A stretch of DNA of 63,962 bases, counting the filler, from an uncultured Synergistales bacterium (GTDB taxonomy: Bacteria; Synergistota; Synergistia; Synergistales; Aminobacteriaceae): the NCBI GenBank assembly GCA_937897575.1. It is 6 parts of 6 records of this genome, joined end to end, with 100 filler letters (N's around TTAATTAATTAA, not from the genome) between each part and the next. Parts side by side here need not be neighbours in the genome. Positions count along the whole stretch, not along the records: positions 45,089 to 60,992 come from CALCQG010000075.1; 5 more parts are not named here. The stretch is one strand, 5' to 3'. The position numbers were made by a program, and so were the translations under genes. Each line of letters starts with the position of its first letter. Positions within the stretch are counted from its first letter, which is position 1. The notes under the pieces are model-generated. The model did not search any database. It was not told the DNA's origin and saw nothing but the letters and a program-made list of their open reading frames with translations. Positions 51,219 through 60,371 of this stretch are shown in pieces.

Positions 51219-52274
51219 CTAAAAAATTGTCAAAATTCTGGCTGGATTTTCAACAACTAGTTTTTTTATTACATCATCTGAAACGCCTTTCCTTTTCATT
51301 AGGGGTACAAAATATTTCGGAATATGGACGTACCCATGCCCGCCATACTTGACTCGCATATCTTTCGTACAAACATCACACGAAAGTAATATTCTATCCG
51401 AAAAACCCTCATCCACTAATTTCATTATATGATTTATCCGATAGTTATCATTGGGGATATCAATGATTATCTCAAGATCAAAATATCCTTCCCGTCCTAT
51501 TGAATCATAGATTATACTGCATCCAGTTTTTAAAACCTCTACCCTTGATTCATGGGTCATTAATGTCCGATCAATATGGCTCATCATTACATGACTTAAG
51601 TCTGCTCCTGATTCTGATAGGATCTGAAGAATTTCCATAGGTGCTCGTTGATCTCGGCCTGGATGAATATTAATGGGAATACCTGTCAGTTTTTGAGTCA
51701 TTCCAGCTGCTTGAAGCACCTTCCTCTCAGTAGCTGCCAATGGCCAAACACATCCAAGTTCGCCTAACACTCCTGGCCTTATTCCAGTATCTCCGACTCC
51801 GTGATTTATTTCCCCAACAAATTCTTCTACGAGGTCATCGACCCCCATTTTTTCTACCTTTTCCCCATGAGAACGTGTGGATGTGTAATATCCAGCTCCC
51901 ATAACAACATGAACTCCGGTCGCTCTTGACACACGAGCTAAAGAAAGAGGATCTCGACCAAGTCCCGGATTTGACAGTTCAACGATAGCTTCGCCTCCTT
52001 CATTTCGAAACAGAATAGTTTCTTCTATAGCTTCTTGCTCATCGAGCAACAACAGGTTATCCAAAACGGAAAAACGATGTTTACGTATCCACTCTAAATT
52101 GTTGAGAGAAATCGGCTGCATTGCTAAATGCCTATCTGAAGCATATCCGAGATCAAGGCAAGCGGGGCGAAAATCCATTACAAGATGTTCATGGGCTAAA
52201 GTGAATCCCAATTCTTTTGGCTCAATCAGTCCCATTACCGTTGATATTTTTCCCCTCATTTCATCTCTCTTCAT
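51219..52274 (-). CDS. phosphotriesterase-related amidohydrolase (PTER-like)
   Basis: TLAHEHL, GELG, IHPGR, SHIDR, LSCD, YGGHGY, VENP. Confidence 0.92.
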   Translation of the reverse strand: MKRDEMRGKISTVMGLIEPKELGFTLAHEHLVMDFRPACLDLGYASDRHLAMQPISLNNLEWIRKHRFSVLDNLLLLDEQEAIEETILFRNEGGEAIVELSNPGLGRDPLSLARVSRATGVHVVMGAGYYTSTRSHGEKVEKMGVDDLVEEFVGEINHGVGDTGIRPGVLGELGCVWPLAATERKVLQAAGMTQKLTGIPINIHPGRDQRAPMEILQILSESGADLSHVMMSHIDRTLMTHESRVEVLKTGCSIIYDSIGREGYFDLEIIIDIPNDNYRINHIMKLVDEGFSDRILLSCDVCTKDMRVKYGGHGYVHIPKYFVPLMKRKGVSDDVIKKLVVENPARILTIF

Positions 52275-52317
52275 GCTCTACTCCACCCTTCAAAACATTA
52301 TAAAAATGATGATAGCG

Positions 52318-53142
52318 CTATAATTCATAAACATCTGGTCGCCGATTAATCCATGTCGCCACTGTCTTCCTGATATGATTCTGATAATCCATGTCCAAAG
52401 TAGCATACACTACTTCTTCCCTACCACTGGCAGCTGCTATTACCGTTCCCCAAGGGTCAATTACTGAGGAACGGCCAAAAGGATGGTCTTCGTTTAGAGG
52501 GCCAAATTGATTTACCGCTACAACATAGGTTAAGTTATAAAGAGCAGTGCTTTTTACAAGAATATCCCAGTGATCTGTCCGAGGAGGCAGGGGATTTCCG
52601 GAAGGGAATTCAGATGGAACGAATATGACGTTCGCTCCCTTTAAAACCATACTTCTTGCTAGTTCAGGAAAACGAAGGTCATAGCATACCATGAGGCCGG
52701 CCTTGCCGAAATCGGTATCAAAAACACACATTTCATTTCCTGGTTCAACATACTCCGACTCTTTAAACCCTAGCGCATCGAGCAGATGAATTTTCCTATA
52801 CCGACTTACTACTCGTCCTTCTCTATTGATAAAAAGACTCGTATTATAAACTTTTTCTCCTCGTGCATTTTCAATGAAACTACCTGGGATAATATTAATA
52901 TTATATTTTTTGGCAAGGGATCCGATCGTGTTTGTGTACGTCCCTGGTATCTCCTCTGCAACTTTTTTCGACTCCTCTAAGGACGTAGGTGCATAATAAC
53001 AATACTCAGGGAAAACAACTACATCAAGGTCATTACAGCCTTTAGCAGCTTCTTTAATCAGTACTTTCATTTCTTCTAGGTTCTCTTTTGGTGAACCCGC
53101 TCCACTTCTTTGTACAAGCACTATTTTTATTTTTTTCTTCAT
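52318..53142 (-). CDS. carbon-nitrogen hydrolase (nitrilase superfamily)
   Basis: Glu-Lys-Cys triad: FPEY, YRKIHL, VCYDLRFPE; DPWG. Confidence 0.92.
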   Translation of the reverse strand: MKKKIKIVLVQRSGAGSPKENLEEMKVLIKEAAKGCNDLDVVVFPEYCYYAPTSLEESKKVAEEIPGTYTNTIGSLAKKYNINIIPGSFIENARGEKVYNTSLFINREGRVVSRYRKIHLLDALGFKESEYVEPGNEMCVFDTDFGKAGLMVCYDLRFPELARSMVLKGANVIFVPSEFPSGNPLPPRTDHWDILVKSTALYNLTYVVAVNQFGPLNEDHPFGRSSVIDPWGTVIAAASGREEVVYATLDMDYQNHIRKTVATWINRRPDVYEL

Positions 53143-53192
53143 TTTAATTAATCTTCCTTTGTTCGATAGATATTTTCTATTAATTCAAATAT

Positions 53193-54036
53193 CAATGCTG
53201 TCAAAGCAAATTCGGGTCTAAAATTATGCCCTGGTTTAACAAGCCTTACAGATTTATTTGTAATGGTCTGATCGCATACTCACAGCTGAAAGTTGCGAAG
53301 AAAAACACGGATACCTAGTCACCATCAAACAAACAAAGAAAGTGAGCTGTCCATTTCTAAAATACCAGGCAGCAGAAGATGCACTCTCCCGGAAAGTATT
53401 ATTTCAGGGCTTTCAAGAGAAACCGATCTCCCATCAATCCCTATTGAGTTCTCCTAGGTTGTTCACCAAGAACCGAAAGCAAGAGCACTCCGTTATCTCT
53501 TTGATATCGGTTCAAATTAGAAAAATATTCTGGGCAATATCCTGACTTCTTTCACGACCCGAATCCAGATGTCTTTATTCGGGTGAAAAAAAACACTCCG
53601 GTACCAAAGACAGAGTATAGGCGAAAATCAACATGCTCCCTGTCCAGAATCACAATGAACCAGCAAGGTTGTTCAAGACCATACTGATGGCAATCTTAAC
53701 GATCGACAGGGTTCAAAGGGATCCCTCGCTGGTTGCATGTGAGAGCACAGATCTTCGAAGGGGCATTAATCCCTAAATGAACAAACTGTCTGCCACGACT
53801 GAGACTGTTGACAACTTCCCAGAGAGGATTCTTTCTCAACAGATCGTAAAAGAATAGGAAGCAATTTGCGTCTTTGCCTTGAAATTTTCTGTGTGGTACT
53901 CAGTTCTCACTTCGCAACCAGGTTATCAAAATTCACTGCTTTGTCGATCTCTAAAAATCATTGACTAATAGGATCGCAGATTTAATTATGAGTACCTTTC
54001 TTTTGTTAATACTTGAGTTTTTGCGTCAACGCATTA
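53193..54036 (-). mobile_element. degenerate IS4-family (DUF4372-type) insertion sequence
   Basis: Minus-strand fragments EVVNSLSRGRQFVHLG, IVILDREHVDF...GVFFFTRIK, FLVNNL, WEI..LKALK broken by stops and frameshifts; imperfect terminal IRs TAATGCGTTGACGCAAA / CAATGCTGTCAAAGCAAA. Confidence 0.7.
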
Positions 54037-54090
54037 AAAAACTTTCTGATCCCCACGGATTCCTTTTAGAACAAGAATGAAAAATAAGTC

Positions 54091-54843
54091 TTAAAATTCC
54101 TTATTTCTAGGCGGATTCCATTGTTTTAAAAACTCAACCATCCGGTCAAGTGTTTCTTCAACAAGCCTCCTTCCCTTTTCTTCTGTTGCAGCTGTAGCAT
54201 CACCTATTTGGTAATCATCGCCGTAACATGCGAAAGGAATGAATTGGTGATATTCGGGGTACGCATTATTGACCCACATTGCGGGAACAACGTTTTTAAA
54301 CCTATCCTTTTTTACAAGCTCTGGACGAACATACATGACACAGGAGGTTCCAGCTTCACTTGCATGGGCATGTCCTAAAGGACCGTTATCGTCAAGAATA
54401 TTTTTTTCTCTTGACACGGGTTGTATAACCCTCCACCAATCAAAAATACAACTATCCACATCTTTTTCCAGCTTTAATCGCCATGCAACTTGTGAAATAA
54501 TTGCCAAATTCCCCATATGCGGGCTGATGAAGCAAAATCTCTCCGCACCATGCTTTATCAAACTTTCACATATATCTTCTAAATACATCTTGAAACTTTC
54601 GGGACGAACTTTGATTGTTCCCGGCCCCCATATCATGGAAGAATCTCCAACGGGGAGAGTGGGGCCTACCATCCACCCCATACGGTCAGCAAGGCGATTT
54701 GCAACTTCTTCTGACATTATGGCATCAGTTCCAAGAGGAGTGTGTGGACCCCAAACCTCACACGCGCCTGCAGGAATAATGATGGTTTTTGATTCCTTGA
54801 TTTTTTTCTCAAAATCTTTTGTGTTCATCTCAATGATTTTCAT
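54091..54843 (-). CDS. creatininase-family protein (divergent metal site)
   Basis: IIPAGACEVWGPHTPLGTD, PGTI, HMGN, HASEAGTS, GDATAATEEKG. Confidence 0.88.
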   Translation of the reverse strand: MKIIEMNTKDFEKKIKESKTIIIPAGACEVWGPHTPLGTDAIMSEEVANRLADRMGWMVGPTLPVGDSSMIWGPGTIKVRPESFKMYLEDICESLIKHGAERFCFISPHMGNLAIISQVAWRLKLEKDVDSCIFDWWRVIQPVSREKNILDDNGPLGHAHASEAGTSCVMYVRPELVKKDRFKNVVPAMWVNNAYPEYHQFIPFACYGDDYQIGDATAATEEKGRRLVEETLDRMVEFLKQWNPPRNKEF

Positions 54844-54929
54844 GATGCAACTGCACCTCCCTGTTTGTAGTTTAAGGCCTAATATATATTTAATTATTCA
54901 GTTCTTAAAACTGTACATTCTGCTAAATC

Positions 54930-56234
54930 TCACACGATAAAGCCAAGAAATTGGGGGAGAAAAAGAGTGATACTTGGGAAAATCGACAAAACAACAAGGG
55001 CTAATAAAAGAGCAAGAAGGAGCGGCATCACTGGTGGTGTTAACTCCTCCATGGTAAGTCCGCTAATACGACACCCCACAAACAAGTTGAGAGCCACTGG
55101 AGGAGTCACTGTTCCAACGGCCACCATTATGGTCATCATTACGCCGAACCAAACGGGGTTCCAATTTAATCGCTGCATAACAGGCAAAAAAATAGGAACA
55201 AATACAAACACCATGGCAGTACCATCGAGAAACATGCCACCTATAAAGAGAATAAAATAAATCATTAATAAGATCACATATTGATTCGGAGAGATAGAAA
55301 TCAAAAAACTAGCAGCACTTTCAATAAGTCCAATCGTTGAGCCAACCCAAGAGTAAAGGCCTGCAGTTGCAGCGACAGTCATACCAATCGCACTTGCGCT
55401 GACAGTTTCTACAAGAATGTTATAAATATCTTTCCATCCAATTCTACGATATATGACTATGCCTACAAAAAGTCCGTAAAAACACGCGACAGCTGCCGCT
55501 TCAGTGGGAGTGAAAATCCCTCCATAAATTCCTCCAAGAATCACAACAGGTGTTAACAAAGCCCAGAATGCATTTACACCATCTTTCAGAATGCCCTTTA
55601 TCCCATTTTTTCTAGGTTCTCCACGGTACCCATGTTTCTTGCTTGTTAAATAAGCACTACCCATTAAGAATCCAGCAATAACAAAAGCAGGGAAAAAACC
55701 TGCCGCGAACATTGCACCCACGGACGTTCCGGAAACTACTGCATAAAGTATGAAAGTAATACTTGGGGGGACAATAATGGCCAGGCCAGAAGAAACCGAA
55801 ATCACTGCTGTTGAAAAAGGTTTGTCATATCCTGATTTTACCATACCTGGTATAAGAATTATACCGATGGCTGCTACTGTTGCTACTGTAGAACCACTCA
55901 CTGCACCCCAAAAAACTGCGACCGCTATAGCAGCTATGGCAAGTCCTCCAGTAAAATCACCGACAATGCCTTTGATGAAGACGATAATTTTATCTGCGAT
56001 GCCAGCTTTCTCCATAATATTTCCAGCCATTATGAAGAAAGGAATCGATAAAAGAGGGTATTTAGCGATATTCGCGAAAACGTTATAACTCATCATCTGA
56101 AGTCCAAGATCCCAGAAATATGTAACAGCGATCGCAGAAAAACCTAATGCAACAGCGACCGGAATTCTAAAGAAGAGAGGGATGAAAAAAAGAATCAGGG
56201 CCCAAAAGGCAGGATTCTCTAAAATAGCATGCAT
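54930..56234 (-). CDS. TRAP transporter large permease DctM
   Basis: LLSIPFFI, IVPPS, GGIFTPTEAA, TPPV. Confidence 0.93.
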   Translation of the reverse strand: MHAILENPAFWALILFFIPLFFRIPVAVALGFSAIAVTYFWDLGLQMMSYNVFANIAKYPLLSIPFFIMAGNIMEKAGIADKIIVFIKGIVGDFTGGLAIAAIAVAVFWGAVSGSTVATVAAIGIILIPGMVKSGYDKPFSTAVISVSSGLAIIVPPSITFILYAVVSGTSVGAMFAAGFFPAFVIAGFLMGSAYLTSKKHGYRGEPRKNGIKGILKDGVNAFWALLTPVVILGGIYGGIFTPTEAAAVACFYGLFVGIVIYRRIGWKDIYNILVETVSASAIGMTVAATAGLYSWVGSTIGLIESAASFLISISPNQYVILLMIYFILFIGGMFLDGTAMVFVFVPIFLPVMQRLNWNPVWFGVMMTIMVAVGTVTPPVALNLFVGCRISGLTMEELTPPVMPLLLALLLALVVLSIFPSITLFLPQFLGFIV

Positions 56235-56249
56235 ATTTTAATCAACTCC

Positions 56250-56714
56250 TTAAACGTTGGAGGAGCGAAGTTTATTTACGGCTTGAAATAGAATTCGAAA
56301 AATTATGAGAAGGGATGAAACTGGCATAGCAATCGTAAACCACCAAACTGGTAATGAAATAGCTTCTGTTTTAACCCCCAAAAGTATTTCATCAAGGACT
56401 TCCAACGTACTATAATAAAAAAGCAATGAAAAAAATAGTATAGAGATGACTGCATTAAGAATATCTAATACTTTCCGACTTCGTATGCCAAATCTATTAT
56501 AAATTACTGAAACAACTATGTGTGAACCCTCTCTAAAGGCAATAGACGCCCCCATAAGTGTCGCCCATACAAACAGATAAATTGTCAACTCTTCCGTGAA
56601 TGCAAAAGAAAACTCGAACAAGTATCTTGTTATTACATTTATAAACGCGATCGTGACCATCACTCCCATGCAAACAGCACCCACAATCTCCTCAATATGA
56701 CCGAGAATCCTCAT
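56250..56714 (-). CDS. TRAP transporter small permease DctQ
   Basis: NVITRY, FTEEL, HIVV. Confidence 0.9.
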   Translation of the reverse strand: MRILGHIEEIVGAVCMGVMVTIAFINVITRYLFEFSFAFTEELTIYLFVWATLMGASIAFREGSHIVVSVIYNRFGIRSRKVLDILNAVISILFFSLLFYYSTLEVLDEILLGVKTEAISLPVWWFTIAMPVSSLLIIFRILFQAVNKLRSSNV

Positions 56715-56827
56715 ATAAGATTTCCTCCTCCAATAAATAAGAGCGGAAAAGAACTCATTCCTATTCTTTTTCGAGGTCTTTTCCGCCCTTTGAACAAGAT
56801 CCTTTTCAATAATTTCTAGCTGAACAA

Positions 56828-57925
56828 TTAATATTTCGCATTTTTCATATCTTCTTTAGCTGCTTGCACAAGGTCTTCTCCGATAACTTTAATCCATTTT
56901 TCATAAACAGAGTCCATTCTTTTTCGGAAAGTGATGCGTTCCTCCTGTGTCAAAACGATGACTTCAACACCCTGATCTCGCACAAATTTTCTTGGATTTA
57001 CATCAATGTCCTTCATTTCTTCCGGATAGAGATTATGCTCTTTCAACCACTTTTCAGCAGATCCATCATCAAGCCCTAATCTTGCAAGCGCTTTGTTATA
57101 CTGGCCACACTCTTGAGCTGCATCCATGATCACTTTTTTCACATCATCCGGGAAACTCTTCCACACGCCACCGTGGACAGTGAAAAACAACGGGTCAACT
57201 ACATAACCCCACTCAGTCATATATTGCTGGAACTCATATGTTTTGTTAGGGATGAATATTGAATAGGGATTCTCCTGACCATCAATTGCACCTTGTTGAA
57301 GGGCTAATAAGACTTCGGACCAAGCCATACTTGTAGGGTTCGCCCCAAGAGCATTAAAAATATCCAGTAATATAGGACTTCCTACTACTCTAATCTTTAG
57401 TCCCTTCAAGTCATCAGGTGTTCTAATTGGACGAATTTTATTCGTGACTTCCCTTACTCCTTGTTCACCCCAGCCAAGAACCTTTAACCCCATTGACTCA
57501 ACTTTCGCTTCCAGCATCTTTCCTGCTTTTCCCGCTTCAATCGCATCGACGGCCTTATACACATCAGGCTGTTCAGAGATAAACCATGGCAAAAGGAAAA
57601 GATTCACCTCAGGAAACTGTGGTGCCCAATTAAGAAGCGACGATGCTGAGAAGTCTCCAATGTTCTGTCTCATAATGAGCATTTCATTAGTAGCTTTACC
57701 CGCATAAAGTTGCCCCATCCAATAAGGCTTAATATTTACTTTACCGTTCGTTCCTTCTCTAACTAATTGAATGAATCGAGTCACAGCCCTACCTTGAGGC
57801 ATTAACTCGCTAAGATTACAGGCAAGCCTGTATTCACTCTTATATTTTACTTCTTCAGCAAAAACCGGTGAAAAAGGGAAGTACGTCAAAGAGAACACAA
57901 ACAAAAACATAATTAGCTTCCTCAT
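56828..57925 (-). CDS. TRAP transporter substrate-binding protein DctP
   Basis: Signal peptide, PDDLKGLKIRV, LGANPT, ALQQGAIDGQEN. Confidence 0.93.
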   Translation of the reverse strand: MRKLIMFLFVFSLTYFPFSPVFAEEVKYKSEYRLACNLSELMPQGRAVTRFIQLVREGTNGKVNIKPYWMGQLYAGKATNEMLIMRQNIGDFSASSLLNWAPQFPEVNLFLLPWFISEQPDVYKAVDAIEAGKAGKMLEAKVESMGLKVLGWGEQGVREVTNKIRPIRTPDDLKGLKIRVVGSPILLDIFNALGANPTSMAWSEVLLALQQGAIDGQENPYSIFIPNKTYEFQQYMTEWGYVVDPLFFTVHGGVWKSFPDDVKKVIMDAAQECGQYNKALARLGLDDGSAEKWLKEHNLYPEEMKDIDVNPRKFVRDQGVEVIVLTQEERITFRKRMDSVYEKWIKVIGEDLVQAAKEDMKNAKY

Positions 57926-58048
57926 AAAAACCCCCCCCTTAATAATCTAACGAATATTATGGCTCATCTCATCATTCTTGGGATATTTGCTTCATTTAAG
58001 CTAAACAACTTTTCCACGTCTTTTCTGAAACGTGTTCAGTCAATGATG

Positions 58049-58789
58049 TTATTGATATTTTTCATCCCCTCCCATCTGCCGAATAAGTCGATTCGTATCG
58101 TCCTGAAGTAGCACTATATATTGCTGCGCCTTTCCTATTTCCTCAATATGTTTTGCCATTTGCTGAAAAGCATCATCAGAAGACCGATTACGTATTGCAT
58201 TTAATATTCTCTCATGTCCTTCAAGTGCTTTTTTCTTGCCTTGAGGAAATGAGATAGTTATCGCTCGTCCTTTTTGCAAAGGACCGTCCACCTCTTGCAA
58301 GAGGTGGAACAACACCTGATTTCTAGCTGCACGTGCTACAGAATAATGGAAATCCAAATCGGCCTGAAGTGTTTGATCGTCATCACCATCGCAGCAATCT
58401 GCTTCTAACCTCTCTACTGCTTTCGAAATAATATCGAAATCTTCATCCGTTGCTCTTTCCGCAGCCAAAGCGCAAATATTACACTCCAAAATTTTTCTCG
58501 CTTCCATAAAAGAAGCCATGCCATCACTAGAGGGATCATTTATATCCGGAAGCGGGGTGTAATGTTTTTTTAAAAAGGTCCCGCGTCCTTGAATAATGTC
58601 TATCAGGCCTTCTTGTTTCAAAACAGAAAGAGCTTCGCGAATCGAAGTTCTGCTGACTTTGAAAATTCGCATAAGCTCTTGTTCCGTTGGAATTTTATCG
58701 CCTGGTTTAAGTCGATCAGATTCAATAAGCACTTTTATTTCGTCAATTATTATTTCCGTCAACTTTTTCGCCCGAAGTGGAAATGACAT
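58049..58789 (-). CDS. FadR/GntR-family regulator
   Basis: LKPGDKIPTEQEL...VSRTSIREAL...GRGTF; FCD DLDFH, EGHERI. Confidence 0.94.
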   Translation of the reverse strand: MSFPLRAKKLTEIIIDEIKVLIESDRLKPGDKIPTEQELMRIFKVSRTSIREALSVLKQEGLIDIIQGRGTFLKKHYTPLPDINDPSSDGMASFMEARKILECNICALAAERATDEDFDIISKAVERLEADCCDGDDDQTLQADLDFHYSVARAARNQVLFHLLQEVDGPLQKGRAITISFPQGKKKALEGHERILNAIRNRSSDDAFQQMAKHIEEIGKAQQYIVLLQDDTNRLIRQMGGDEKYQ

Positions 58790-58819
58790 TTTTTCACCTC
58801 AGAGTCTAATGATATTGTG

Positions 58820-58847
58820 ATCATATCATACGATGATTTTTTTACAA
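58820..58847 (-). promoter_or_regulatory. promoter with FadR-type operator
   Basis: Minus strand TTGTAA-16 nt-TATGAT; palindrome ATCATACGATGAT 58825-58837 between them. Confidence 0.6.
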
Positions 58848-59602
58848 TAAATTACTCTCGTCCAAATAAGGATGTGAAGAAGTTTAAGATACTCTTAGGA
58901 ATGCCATTGAGATTTTCATCGTTGTGAACTTTGATAATGCGGTCATCAAAAGAAAAGGCTATTCCAGTTGACCCCAGGAGAAATACTCGACACCGAAATA
59001 TTCTCTTTGTTCCACAAAGATGAAGCAACAGACTACTGCCAGTGTTACCACCTACTGGACAATTTACGATAAAGTCAGGGCCTTATTCCCAGAAAATAAC
59101 AAGCAATGCAGTTACCAAAGAGTTCATACTCGCTGCTCTGAAGCAGCAGGCGAGTCTTCAATAACATAGTTAACGCAATCATATATTGCAGACATCGTTA
59201 TGGTCTTCGAAAGTACGGAAAGCATAATGCTACCAAGGAGAGAACATGCAACTCGTGAGAAATCTGCGCCTGTCGACTTTCACCGCGTCGAATGCAAATA
59301 CTCCGCGACATGCTGGAATTCAGGATGTTCGTTAATAAAACTTATCTCACCTTTATAATCGACTGATTACTTTGATAGCATACTCATGTACTGGGTTATA
59401 GCCGCAAATCCTGCCATCGGTTCATGAAGATGAAAATGGCTTACTCTGAGAGAAGGACTCGAAGGAGAAGACAGAAGATTCTATTGTCGTTGGTACGGCG
59501 GACTCAAATACATGAAGGACGCAACTTCCCCATTTAATGCCGATAAGGGCATGTTTTTGAGACGATGCAGTTTGAACTGTTTAACTTAAAAATGAGATGT
59601 TT

Positions 59603-59926
59603 TTAACAGCATATGGAATGGAGTTGATGTGTAAGAGTGCATAAAAGTCTGAACGAGTATCCGCACTGGAATAATGAAAGGAGAATCAAAAAACCGTTTG
59701 ATGCGAAAAACTGGTTAGAAGCTTGGAGGCGCCTGGATTTGATGATACAGCAGTTCAAAGACACCTGCGCTTTGCCCTCTTTTTGAGTTACTTTTTGTAA
59801 GCTCATGGAGAGTATGGCACACTTCAAGAAAAATTGAAGGTCTACCGGCACTCGCTGTCTATAGTGAAAGAAGTACCCTCTTTGAATGACATATCTTGGA
59901 TATTTGCGGGATAAGCCGGTTTTCAT
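59603..59926 (-). pseudogene. integrase remnant (DUF6538-like N-terminal domain only)
   Basis: YVIQRGYFFHYRQRVPVDLQ resembles the DUF6538 motif of tyrosine integrases; no catalytic domain follows; adjacent to att/tRNA. Confidence 0.6.
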
Positions 59927-60071
59927 GGTCCTCTCTCTCCCTTTTTCCACCCTTTGTGTAACACGTTGTGTCCCTGATGTGTACACGGAGTGATTTCTAG
60001 GGAAAAAGCACGAAAAACACAAAAAAACCTATCCCGCGAATGGAGTGTTCCCAATGCTTTGCTAAAAACTG

Positions 60072-60169
60072 TGGCGGAGGCGTGTGGGAATCGAACCCAC
60101 CGAAGACGGCCGTTACCGCCCCCCACTGGATTTGAAGTCCAGGCCCGACACCAGTCGAAAGGCGCCTCC
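60072..60169 (-). tRNA. selC: tRNA-Sec(TCA)
   Basis: CTGGA-CTTCAAA-TCCAG anticodon arm, 6-bp D stem, long variable arm, GTGGG-TTCGATT-CCCAC, GCCA end. Confidence 0.96.
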
Positions 60170-60212
60170 GTAAAGTAAGGGAGATGTGTTACGCAGTCTT
60201 TCTAGCTTCTTG

Positions 60213-60274
60213 TTTGTTGCGGATGTTGCTGAAATCTGCAACAAATCGGCAACATCTGCAACATTTCTGCAACA
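60213..60274. repeat. TGTTGC/GCAACA repeat array upstream of selC
   Basis: Two TGTTGC followed by four (T)CTGCAACA/CGGCAACA units about 10 nt apart. Confidence 0.8.
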
Positions 60275-60284
60275 AGGCCTAGGT

Positions 60285-60313
60285 ATTGTACCTCACAGTG
60301 TTCAAGGAGTCCA
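60285..60313 (-). promoter_or_regulatory. candidate selC promoter
   Basis: Minus strand TGGACT-17 nt-TACAAT. Confidence 0.5.
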
Positions 60314-60371
60314 GAGTATTTGACAACTCATGCAATGAGACCGGGGACAGGTGGGCGTGCCTCGTCGTGGT

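Larger units (their letters stand above)
49942..60092. mobile_element. genomic island integrated at the tRNA-Sec 3' end
   Basis: 21-bp direct repeats, abrupt AT enrichment between them, integrase remnant beside the tRNA. Confidence 0.9.

Noticed and set aside
58850..59600. Gene-free stretch with protein-like fragments inside the island
   Set aside because: Multiple stops in all frames examined; family cannot be assigned without BLASTX
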